Shown here: positions 1 to 8,070 of the stretch, in pieces
Layout of the letters: each line of letters starts with the position of its first letter
How positions within the stretch are numbered: position 1 is the first letter of the stretch
DNA from: a virus
Lineage: Duplodnaviria; Caudoviricetes
Virus record (IMG/VR): IMGVR_UViG_3300032221_000294
Coordinates: 35,521-99,520 of that record
Length of the DNA stretch: 64,000 bases
Direction: 5' to 3' (one strand)
Position numbers and translations under genes: made by a program
The notes under the pieces: generated by a model
Told to the model about the DNA's origin: nothing
Database searches by the model: none
Seen by the model: only the letters and a program-made list of their open reading frames with translations

Positions 1-177
1 TTCGTTGTAGTAATCTTGGCCGATTCGCTCTCTCCACTCAATAATCTTACTGAAAGCTTCAACCAGGTCAGAAGCGAAACCGCTTACGTGTTCGATTCCG
101 TCTGGTCCGTCATAGAGTTCAAATCGAAAGAACTCTTTTCCGGTATTGGTGAAGTGGTTAACAATCTCAATTTGCAT
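1..177 (-). CDS. Hypothetical phage protein, 3' end runs off the window
   Basis: Manual translation from ATG at 177 (MQIEIVNHFTNTGKEFFRFELYDGPDG...) is open to base 1 and overlaps the end of 167..538; absent from the ORF track. Confidence 0.6.
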   Translation of the reverse strand, partial: MQIEIVNHFTNTGKEFFRFELYDGPDGIEHVSGFASDLVEAFSKIIEWRERIGQDYYNE

Positions 178-538
178 CGTAAGTCAGTGGCTTGATCCCG
201 TAGTCGGTAGACCCGAACAGGTCTCTGTCGATAGATCTTCCCCCAAGGCGGGTGTAACAGTAAATTTCTCCGAGGAACTTAATGCGCTCATTTTGTTCTG
301 GAACGTGACCAATCTTCTTGAATTGGCGACGAAGAAACCACAGATGGTTAACTAGAATCGACTCACCGATGGGAAGGGGAGTTACGATCAAGTTGACGAG
401 GAGAATGGTGTCGAGGTCCCGCCGTTTTTCATGGCGGCGAAACTCTTTAATTCGACCGGAGCATTCAACTTTCGTTCCTTCCAACAGCCTTAAATCGTCG
501 CGTTGACGAATAACGGTGTTCACATCGACGGGTACCAC
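167..538 (-). CDS. Hypothetical protein (possible OB-fold-like)
   Basis: 123-aa ORF; TATAGT -10-like box just upstream. Confidence 0.65.
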   Translation of the reverse strand: MVPVDVNTVIRQRDDLRLLEGTKVECSGRIKEFRRHEKRRDLDTILLVNLIVTPLPIGESILVNHLWFLRRQFKKIGHVPEQNERIKFLGEIYCYTRLGGRSIDRDLFGSTDYGIKPLTYDAN

Positions 539-615
539 TCACCCTTTCACTATAGCGGAAGCAGTGGTGGGTAAAGTTATCGAGGGAAACTGCGGGATAT
601 TCCGCGAAATATATC

Positions 616-1368
616 ATGACACTCGGACAAACCACTTTTGATTTGAATAAAGGTCAGTATAACGAAAAGTTGGGGCGAATCATTAGTAACCACCGGGCAG
701 GAAGCCGCCTTTGTGGTGAGCCAGCCGAGTTCATTCTCCGAAGCTGCCGTTTGACGGAGCAGTGGGGAAAACTTGGGCAAGATTCGGACACGGTTGTTTA
801 CCTTCGCAACGTTGATATTGCAGGAGGCAGAAAAGTGAAGATGCTCTCGCTTGAGCGAGGGGGGACTCGCCAGCCGATATCAAAGAGCAAGTTGGTTGAG
901 GCACTGTATCCGACTAAGAAGATTGCCACCACGGCAACGGCGGAGGAAAAGCATTACAACACAGTCAAGTCTGCGATGCGTGGCGCTGTCAAAGACCAGT
1001 TGAAAAGGTTTCGGGACCAAATCGAGTTGCCGTGCGTTTGCTGCTTGACAGGGAAGCAGATTCGTCGAGGAATGCGCACAGATGTCGATCATACTGGGAC
1101 GTCGTTTAGCGAGATTGCCGATTGTTTTCTTACCGAAAATAAATTGAAGTACACGGATATTGCGCTGGTTGGGCCTCCAACTGCGAAGAAGTTTCGACTC
1201 GAGACGCTCTGGGAGTCGTGGAAAAAATTCCATAATGAAAAGGCGAGGTACGCAATCGTCCTCGCCAGTGCCAACCGAAGTAAGGGTTGCGGTGAATATG
1301 AAACACCCGAGTGCCTTTACGGGTCATTCTCGAGTGCAAACCCCGAAGAGTTGTCCCTTGAGTTTTAA
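616..1368 (+). CDS. DCL/DUF3223-like protein with C-terminal HNH-like nuclease motif
   Basis: AMRGAVKDQL...CCLTG...DVDH..FSEI..FL...WKKFH...ANRSKG pattern; GGGTAAAG at 569-576 upstream. Confidence 0.55.
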   Translation: MTLGQTTFDLNKGQYNEKLGRIISNHRAGSRLCGEPAEFILRSCRLTEQWGKLGQDSDTVVYLRNVDIAGGRKVKMLSLERGGTRQPISKSKLVEALYPTKKIATTATAEEKHYNTVKSAMRGAVKDQLKRFRDQIELPCVCCLTGKQIRRGMRTDVDHTGTSFSEIADCFLTENKLKYTDIALVGPPTAKKFRLETLWESWKKFHNEKARYAIVLASANRSKGCGEYETPECLYGSFSSANPEELSLEF

Positions 1369-1404
1369 GGATTCCGGCTTTATCTACTTAGACGAGCACG
1401 AGGA

Positions 1405-1581
1405 TCAACCTAGGGAGGGACCGCCACCTCCGCCACCTCCGCCACCTCCGCCACCTCCACCTCCTACCAGCTCCCAAGTGTTCGCTTGAGCGTTGTATCG
1501 ATATTGCCGGGTAGTAGGAATCGGCTGCTCAGGGTAAACCTGTCCATTAAACGGCGACGATGGGAAAATAAGAGTTGACAT
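1405..1581 (-). CDS. 58-aa mini protein: fibre-type N-terminal motif plus Gly15 tract
   Basis: Manual translation MSTLIFPSSPFNGQVYPEQPIPTTRQYRYNAQANTWELV-G15-PSLG*; GGGTAAAA motif 38 nt upstream; missed by the track. Confidence 0.65.
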   Translation of the reverse strand: MSTLIFPSSPFNGQVYPEQPIPTTRQYRYNAQANTWELVGGGGGGGGGGGGGGGPSLG

Positions 1582-1662
1582 TACGGCACCCTTTTAGTCT
1601 GCTGGCTATCTTCCCTTATTTTACCCTCCGGGTTTGGTAGTATAAATTGTAAATTTATAAGC

Positions 1663-2037
1663 CTAGGCAATACGTTGCCACAGACCACCCCAGCTAGGCT
1701 GAACACCATTATTTGGAGCGGCACCGTGTATGCATTGCCATGTGCCAGTAAAGTATGGGTTTGTATATTGAGTATCAAATGAGCCAGTTGAGGTGTTTCC
1801 GAACCACCCCATTGGTTGTAAATTATTCGCGGCTGTAGTTCCCCCGGGAACCACAGTAACACTGAAGGATCTGGCGAGCATATAGCAACCAACTCCCCCC
1901 GCCACCACTACAAGGGAAACCGAACCTGAAGAAATACTCGCGATTCGACCATCGATTCTCACCGTTATGTCCGGGTTGGTGTAAGCACCCGGTACAACTC
2001 CTGTCCAGTCTAAGAGTTCAACTTTATCTAAGGGCAT
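1663..2037 (-). CDS. Short tail-fibre-like protein
   Basis: GVVPGAYTNPDITVRIDGRI fibre repeat and C-terminal GTW...LWQRIA tip motif. Confidence 0.6.
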   Translation of the reverse strand: MPLDKVELLDWTGVVPGAYTNPDITVRIDGRIASISSGSVSLVVVAGGVGCYMLARSFSVTVVPGGTTAANNLQPMGWFGNTSTGSFDTQYTNPYFTGTWQCIHGAAPNNGVQPSWGGLWQRIA

Positions 2038-2096
2038 GGTAGTTAAAGGTTATTCAGGGGTCACGCTATCTTACTGTATTTTACCCCCCTAGGGGT

Positions 2097-2432
2097 TTAG
2101 GCAGGTTGGTCAGGCCAGAGCAAGTATTCTTCGCTCTGGGCGTAGGTGTTCAGTTCGTCTTTTGTCTCACAAACTTCAACCTGCTCTGCCTTCTGTTCGG
2201 CAGAGTCTCGAATTGCCTGTCGCCAGGCAGTGATGTTCGCTGGAACCGAAAGCCCTGTCTCTACTTCACGAGTGACATACCAGTCGGTTGGAGAGAGAAT
2301 CTCGTGGGCAAAAGAGTTTGTCTGAGAAATCATATACGTCTGCGAATCTCCCAGGGAGTCTTCCCACTCGAAGGGGGACTGGCGCCAGTCTGTTCCGCCC
2401 CAGCTAACAAATAGTTCTTGAGGTTGTAACAT
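2097..2432 (-). CDS. Tail fibre assembly chaperone-like protein
   Basis: LSPTDWYVTREVETG..VP...WRQAIRD and terminal WP motif. Confidence 0.6.
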   Translation of the reverse strand: MLQPQELFVSWGGTDWRQSPFEWEDSLGDSQTYMISQTNSFAHEILSPTDWYVTREVETGLSVPANITAWRQAIRDSAEQKAEQVEVCETKDELNTYAQSEEYLLWPDQPA

Positions 2433-2438
2433 TTTGAA

Positions 2439-2756
2439 TCAAGATTGTGGAGGTGGTGTTTGCGTAGAGTTGGGCGGTTGCTCCCCAGTAGGGGAAATCA
2501 TTAGAGCCCCGAGCCCATAGGTGTTCCCTTGCCACACATTCCCGTCTACAGTGGAATACCAGTGGGAGTCAGCGTATGAAACTACCGGGCCGAACTCGCC
2601 CGCCATAGCCAGGTCGTAGATTTCAACACCGTAAGGCTCAACATCCGTGGGAATCGCAGTGAAGGGAATGGGGCCGAAAGTAGGGTTGTCCCAAATTAAG
2701 GAGACGCCCGGTTGAGTTTCACTGAAGAGGTAAGGTTGAGAGCACGAGTACGTCAT
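2439..2756 (-). CDS. Tail fibre assembly-like protein
   Basis: FGPIPFTA.PTDVEPYG.EIY..A.AGEFGPV motif typical of Tfa-like N-termini. Confidence 0.55.
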   Translation of the reverse strand: MTYSCSQPYLFSETQPGVSLIWDNPTFGPIPFTAIPTDVEPYGVEIYDLAMAGEFGPVVSYADSHWYSTVDGNVWQGNTYGLGALMISPTGEQPPNSTQTPPPQS

Positions 2757-2792
2757 TGTTTTGAGTTTCTAAAGTGTGTGTGTGCAAAACTT

Positions 2793-3407
2793 TTACCCCC
2801 GTAGGTGCGCAGGGTACACATAGTACCAAGTCACTGCGACACGTTTTAACCCAGAAGTTACCAGTTGCCCTGAATGCGGGAAACACCAGCTCGAAGGAAA
2901 GACTAAGGCCTCGCCCGGCTGAGGTTTATACACCGCGTCCGCGAACTCAGTTCCTCCACCTTCGAAGTTCGACGTAAGGTACAGAACTACGGAGATGGTT
3001 CGATAGAATTCGTTACTATTGTGATCCCAGTTTTGGTCGTAGTGAAATTTATACTCTTGCCCGGGGATGTATTCTAGGATCTGAATACCTTCACGATGAG
3101 ACTTCGTCCCCGTCGCCCCTGGCGCAAGTGTGTAGTGGGTTAGTGAAGGATGAACCGCTTGAAGACGATCGCGATATTCAAGCAACGCCTTGTTTATCGA
3201 GTTCCCGATCAGATCAGTAACAGAATTTCCCTCAGTTAAAGTAAAACCTTCACTAGAACGAACTGAGGTGTCCTCTCTGAAATTTCCATCCCCTGAGAAA
3301 ACGGTGCATTTTTCTTTTCTCTGACTGTTGTTTTCGCAAAAGAGGTTGACTGAGCGCAGTTCCTCTTTGCTTAAAGTTGGTACAATTTGAACGAGTGGGT
3401 TTGGCAT
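2793..3407 (-). CDS. 2OG-Fe(II) oxygenase (prolyl 4-hydroxylase-like)
   Basis: HYD...RTISVVLYL..FEGGGTEF...GEALVFPS..FPH...VTSG.K: HxD...H triad and 2OG-binding Lys. Confidence 0.9.
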   Translation of the reverse strand: MPNPLVQIVPTLSKEELRSVNLFCENNSQRKEKCTVFSGDGNFREDTSVRSSEGFTLTEGNSVTDLIGNSINKALLEYRDRLQAVHPSLTHYTLAPGATGTKSHREGIQILEYIPGQEYKFHYDQNWDHNSNEFYRTISVVLYLTSNFEGGGTEFADAVYKPQPGEALVFPSSWCFPHSGQLVTSGLKRVAVTWYYVYPAHLRG

Positions 3408-3490
3408 TTAGAAAACGTTGTCGATGTTTGTGGAGTGTGACCGAGGACTTTTCGACTTTTGTATTTTAGCTCTGGCTGCAGATAATAAAC

Positions 3491-3886
3491 TTAGGCGGGC
3501 TTAATAGGCCACTCGATATCGTGGGGCCACCCTTCTTGTTCCGGTAGATCTAGCAAACTCCGTCGATAATCTGCCCACTCTTGTTGCTTTTCAGGACTTA
3601 AGTCGGCCCAACGGAGGGGGTTGGTTACCTGGGGGTCGACTTCGTCCTCTAGTTTTGTGTTCCGGATTATTCTGCCTATGACTGAGGCTTCCTCGTCGAT
3701 TTCTTCTTTAGTTGGAAGGGAAATTTGTCCATCCTTTACAATTTTGTCGTAAAGTTTACGAACATCAAATGAAGCTTCAGTGTCGCTTGGATTGCAAGTA
3801 AATGGGATCCACCCGTAGGCGGGATGATCTATTTCGCAGTCGACGCGAACTAGATCCAAACAGTATTTAGCGTTACGGTAGTTCAT
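3491..3886 (-). CDS. Tail fibre assembly chaperone
   Basis: DCEIDHPAYGWIPFT N-terminus and WADYRRSLLDLPEQEGWP..IEWP.KP C-terminus; directly follows a fibre gene. Confidence 0.8.
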   Translation of the reverse strand: MNYRNAKYCLDLVRVDCEIDHPAYGWIPFTCNPSDTEASFDVRKLYDKIVKDGQISLPTKEEIDEEASVIGRIIRNTKLEDEVDPQVTNPLRWADLSPEKQQEWADYRRSLLDLPEQEGWPHDIEWPIKPA

Positions 3887-3931
3887 TCTAAGGTGCGGTT
3901 GAGAAACTGGTTTAGTTAGTGACTACGGGAG

Positions 3932-4960
3932 TTACGATATCCTGGCCCAAAGTGAAGAAGACCCGCAGCCACCGCCGTCCAGTTCCCCCATAAGCCTCCA
4001 GGTTCCATTAAATTGTCCTGGTCCAGGGGTAACTGGCAGACCGCAAGCATTGCTGGGTATCAACCGTGACCCCGACGTAGTTTCCCCAGGGTTGATTCCA
4101 CTTGGGTTTGCGGTGAAATGTGCAAAAACATACGACCGGTTACTACCGTAATTCGTGCTAGCGCCGGGACCCTCTGGTCCGACTGGCCCCGGACCGCCCG
4201 TTGGTCCCGGCGGTCCCGGCGGTCCCCCCGGTCCCGTCGGTCCTCTTGCCCCAGTGGCGCCAGAAGGCCCAGGAGGTCCAGGAGGCCCGGCTGCCCCTGT
4301 TGATCCAGCTGGCCCCGTAGGTCCAGGAGGCCCATTTCCCCCTACTGGCCCTGTTGGCCCTGCTGGAACTTGGGCTGCAACCCAACCTACGAAATAGTAC
4401 CCGCTAGGGGGAGCACTTGCAAAGGTAACTTGGCTTGTTGCTGCGTTCCAGGTAAACCCTATTCCCGCATCCTGAATTGCCCCTCCAACGAATAAAACGA
4501 GGTCTTGAATTGTGACAGTGGAGGATAAATTAACACCACCGGATTGAAGGGTGAAAACTGTGGTTGACCCGTTAAACGTGATATTGTCTAGATACAGGAC
4601 ATTTAACCCACCACCACCTCCTCCACTTGGTCCAGGAGGTCCCGGAGGTCCGGGTGCTCCACCACCCGGTCCCGGAGGTCCCGGAGGCCCCGGAGTTCCA
4701 GCGCCTCCAGTTGGTCCCGGAGGCCCATCTCCCCCTGTTGGCCCAGTTGGCCCCGCTGGTCCAACAGGACCAGTAGGCCCTTCAGGAGGCACGAGTGCCC
4801 AGCTTCTTACGCCGGCAGCTGTGCTAACTAACCCATAACCGTCAACTGCCGGAACACTTAAGTTAGGCTCTGTGTCAGCCAAACCTAGAATTTGGTAGCG
4901 AAGGGGATTCGCTGTAGTAGGGGGGACAGGGATTACCTTCCCATCAAAAAATCCTGCCAT
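3932..4960 (-). CDS. Collagen-like tail fibre protein
   Basis: Two Gly-X-Y tracts rich in GPP/GPT, a [14 protein letters not shown]...FASAPP domain, and a GTWRLMG...LWARIS tip. Confidence 0.8.
   Translation of the reverse strand: MAGFFDGKVIPVPPTTANPLRYQILGLADTEPNLSVPAVDGYGLVSTAAGVRSWALVPPEGPTGPVGPAGPTGPTGGDGPPGPTGGAGTPGPPGPPGPGGGAPGPPGPPGPSGGGGGGLNVLYLDNITFNGSTTVFTLQSGGVNLSSTVTIQDLVLFVGGAIQDAGIGFTWNAATSQVTFASAPPSGYYFVGWVAAQVPAGPTGPVGGNGPPGPTGPAGSTGAAGPPGPPGPSGATGARGPTGPGGPPGPPGPTGGPGPVGPEGPGASTNYGSNRSYVFAHFTANPSGINPGETTSGSRLIPSNACGLPVTPGPGQFNGTWRLMGELDGGGCGSSSLWARIS
4160..4790 (-). repeat. Collagen (Gly-X-Y)n coding repeats, two tracts (~4160-4370 and ~4620-4790)
   Basis: Recurring ggtcccggagg-like 9-nt periodicity. 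Confidence 0.85.
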
Positions 4961-4963
4961 GGC

Positions 4964-5299
4964 TTAGACTAGCGTTTCAAGGACACTTAAAGTAAATTTG
5001 ATATTCGGAGTTGATCCGACAATTGATAAACTATCCCCCGTCTGGAGAACAAGTTTTCCGGCCGTTCCGCCGGAGGCAATTAAAACTTCCGAAGAAGGGA
5101 TAGGGTAGTTATAGACTACGAAATGGGAGGTAGCACCCCTAACAACTTTCATTGAAAAGGTTTCGGTGTCGGGGTCGGTATTAACCGCTTGTGCAGTCAA
5201 GACGATCGAATTGTAACCTGTTGGCGCGGTGTAAACACTCGTAAGTGTGGTGGGCACATCGAGGGGAATAGTTTTAAAGACTGTTAATGGAAGAGCCAT
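4964..5299 (-). CDS. Small virion structural protein
   Basis: VYTAPTGYNSIV...KLVLQTGDSL motif common in cyanophage tail regions. Confidence 0.6.
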   Translation of the reverse strand: MALPLTVFKTIPLDVPTTLTSVYTAPTGYNSIVLTAQAVNTDPDTETFSMKVVRGATSHFVVYNYPIPSSEVLIASGGTAGKLVLQTGDSLSIVGSTPNIKFTLSVLETLV

Positions 5300-5302
5300 G
5301 TT

Positions 5303-7519
5303 TCAAGAGAGGGCGAGGATGTAAGGAATTACGATGGCCAGGATCGACTTTCTAAACGCTTGGCCAGAGATCGTTCCGGTATTTTGATTGATAACTAGGT
5401 CTTCACCAACACGGAAGTCACCCAGTTGGTCAGTGCTGGTAACAGCAACTCGGCCCCCGTTAATCTGGATAACCTCGTTAGCTTGGATGGCAGTTCCGCC
5501 TGAGAATGGGATCGCAGTATTTATGTCGATTCCGCTCCCCACGTACTCCATACAGTGGGAGTTGGCGATGATTCGGCTAACACGCCAAAAATTGACTGTG
5601 TCCCCAGGTGAGGGGTTGTAAGGTAGATTCTCCAAGATGGCGATAGAAACAGTTCCACCTACACCTGTGAAAGTCTCGGTAACTCCCGCCACTGTGTAAT
5701 AAACTGGGTTCTTGACAGCAATTGCCGCTGCAGAAGCACCACCACCACCAGTAATTGAAACTGTGATTACATCCGTGTCTGTATAGTTTTGTCCCGAAGA
5801 GGCAACCTCAATACCAATCAACTGCCCGCCGTCAATAATTGCAATCCCTTGCGCGGCGATGGCGTTCGGCCCGGTGCCAATCGAAACGCTTACGGTAGGG
5901 AGGCTTGTATAACCACTACCGGGGTTAGTGATTTCGAATGAGCTAACATTATAGTACAAGTCACCAACCGTAATCACTTGTCCCACGTAAGGGACTTGTC
6001 CGGTTGTTAATGTATTGAGGGCGAAAACGCTGTTGTTGACGGTGGAACTCACCAGAAGTCCCGATTGTTCTAAAGGCCCGGTGCCATCTGCATACATTCC
6101 AAAGTTACCGAAGTCAGAGTTACTGTTTGTAACGCTAACGAGTCCCCCTGTCTCAGCTAAAACGGACTTATCCGCGCAGATTGTGAACATACTCACAACC
6201 TGACAGTAACCTCTGTTGTAAACTTTTACGCCCACTCCGTCAGGGTTGTATTGCGTAAAGCTGTCAAGAACCATACTCTTCAGTCCACCTGCCTTACTGC
6301 CGTCGACGTTCAACCCGATGCTGTTCTCTACGAAGTTTGTGCAGTTTTGAACGTAAGGACTCTGAGTGATTACCCCTGACCCGGTGGGCCAGTACGACAT
6401 AATTCCCTTCGTCTGAATGAGTTCCGTAGGATTTAAAGGGTTCGGTGTCTTAGTTACGGAGCCCAGGAAAGAGAAGTTTTGAACGTAGCAGCCGTTTAGA
6501 ACCTGGAAAAGGTCGTCGTCATTCAACAGGGTGATGGTTGTAGAGCGTAAATCCGCTCCAACAATCGAAATGTCCGGGAAAGGGAAGATTAGAGGGTTTT
6601 GCTCGTTGTAGTTACCCGAAGCAACTCGAATTTGAGTCCCAGCTGTGGCTAGTGCCAACGCTGCTTTAATCGTTTGTTTTGCCGTCTGAGGGCTGGTGCC
6701 GTCATTACTATTATCACCGTTTACATCCACCCACAAAGTGTTGGAAATCGGCGTGATTCCCCTCCAACGAGTTCCGTCGTAAACAAGAAGACCGGGGGCA
6801 TTGGGGTTCGAAGTGTCTAACCACTGCTCACCAACCGAATTTCCGTTAGACCCTCCGCTCCCTTCAACAGTGATTACGGGGGATACGGGGAATATACTGT
6901 AGTTCCCTGGCGACAAAACCGAAACTGAAGTAATCGACGCCCCTGAAGCTGCCGTAACTTCCAATGTTGCGGGAACCCCTGAACCACCGCTAACAATTAA
7001 AAAATCGCCAACAGTGTAACCCGAACCACCGAAAGAAATGGTAGCGGAGATTACACCGCCGGTCAGGTTAAAGGTTGCTCCTGAGCCGCTACCACCAGTC
7101 ACGTTTACGGGAGAAACCGGGAACGTAGTGTAGCTGCCCGCGTTAGTTACGTTTACGGAAGTGATCACCCCCGACGACACTGTGGCAACGGTGAGGATCG
7201 AGGAAGTCCCGGAACCGCCCGTGACAGTTAGAACGTCGTTAACTGCGTACCCTGTACCACCAGAACTAACTGAGGCACACGAAACGCTGCCCACCAGGTT
7301 TAATGCTGCACCAGAACCACCGGTGTTACCGTTAGGAGGCGTCGGACCAACTGCGGTTGGACCTACTTTAAACAGGTTATCAGCAGCATCCGCGAAAAAG
7401 AGTCCGGGTTCAAACTCGTTGATGTTTACTGCGGGTTGGCCTGAGAGCAGAAGAGCAGGGTTAGGTCTCTGTTGAAATGCTTGCGAACGTAGTAATTGTA
7501 TGGGGGTCGAATTAGTCAT
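5303..7519 (-). CDS. Tail fibre/spike protein with beta-helix region
   Basis: N-terminal RP...GQPAVN..EPGLFF; GGTGY..GD repeats; WVDVNGDNSNDG..P..AKQTIKAAL; SPYVQNCT. Confidence 0.75.
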   Translation of the reverse strand: MTNSTPIQLLRSQAFQQRPNPALLLSGQPAVNINEFEPGLFFADAADNLFKVGPTAVGPTPPNGNTGGSGAALNLVGSVSCASVSSGGTGYAVNDVLTVTGGSGTSSILTVATVSSGVITSVNVTNAGSYTTFPVSPVNVTGGSGSGATFNLTGGVISATISFGGSGYTVGDFLIVSGGSGVPATLEVTAASGASITSVSVLSPGNYSIFPVSPVITVEGSGGSNGNSVGEQWLDTSNPNAPGLLVYDGTRWRGITPISNTLWVDVNGDNSNDGTSPQTAKQTIKAALALATAGTQIRVASGNYNEQNPLIFPFPDISIVGADLRSTTITLLNDDDLFQVLNGCYVQNFSFLGSVTKTPNPLNPTELIQTKGIMSYWPTGSGVITQSPYVQNCTNFVENSIGLNVDGSKAGGLKSMVLDSFTQYNPDGVGVKVYNRGYCQVVSMFTICADKSVLAETGGLVSVTNSNSDFGNFGMYADGTGPLEQSGLLVSSTVNNSVFALNTLTTGQVPYVGQVITVGDLYYNVSSFEITNPGSGYTSLPTVSVSIGTGPNAIAAQGIAIIDGGQLIGIEVASSGQNYTDTDVITVSITGGGGASAAAIAVKNPVYYTVAGVTETFTGVGGTVSIAILENLPYNPSPGDTVNFWRVSRIIANSHCMEYVGSGIDINTAIPFSGGTAIQANEVIQINGGRVAVTSTDQLGDFRVGEDLVINQNTGTISGQAFRKSILAIVIPYILALS

Positions 7520-7578
7520 TACTTATTTTGACGAGATTTCGAGGGGATGTGTTTTCAGTTATAGAAAGTTTTACCCTG

Positions 7579-7962
7579 TTAGTCCAACGTAAGTTCGCCG
7601 GTAGTCGAATTCACGGCGAAACCGTCGCCTAGAAGAAGTAGACCCTGAGAAGTCTCAACGTAGTAGTCAAGCGTTCCTGCACCTGTGCCGACTTGGAAGC
7701 TGTTGCCGTTTACAACGCTAAGCCCATTTCCAATGTTGAAGTGACCCGTCGAGCTCGTAATTTGAGCAGTTGAAGCAGTTGGGTAAGAAGTTCCGGAACC
7801 TGTACGAAGAATTTGCCCGTCAGCACTAACGGAGATTCCTGCATCAGCGATTTTCATGCTCCAGTAAGGACCCTTAACGAGATACTCCTGTGGTCCGTTA
7901 GGAATTGTTGGGGAAGGGTTTGGAATAGGGTTGTTAAACGGGGGGGGAGTTGGTAAAGTCAT
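7579..7962 (-). CDS. Hypothetical virion protein
   Basis: GNGLSV-type short fibre repeats; GGGTAAAA upstream. Confidence 0.55.
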   Translation of the reverse strand: MTLPTPPPFNNPIPNPSPTIPNGPQEYLVKGPYWSMKIADAGISVSADGQILRTGSGTSYPTASTAQITSSTGHFNIGNGLSVVNGNSFQVGTGAGTLDYYVETSQGLLLLGDGFAVNSTTGELTLD

Positions 7963-8070
7963 GAGGACTCAAAGCAGCCTATAGGAGCTTTTACCCTTCA
8001 GTTTCCCGTAAGATATTTCCTCCTAGGGGACTTCCTTGTAATTCTGATCAAATTTATCTCTGGTCACAAG

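Noticed and set aside
1160-1489. Plus-strand poly-proline ORF
   Set aside because: Antisense shadow of the Gly15 tract in the minus-strand 1405..1581 gene; also overlaps 616..1368
2774-2784. (GT)n microsatellite
   Set aside because: Only 11 nt; compatible with chance
4155-4838. Plus-strand Gly/Pro-rich ORFs
   Set aside because: Antisense shadows of the collagen repeats
1663-4960. Invertible or shufflon-type tail fibre switch
   Set aside because: All modules are co-oriented; no inverted repeats or recombinase seen
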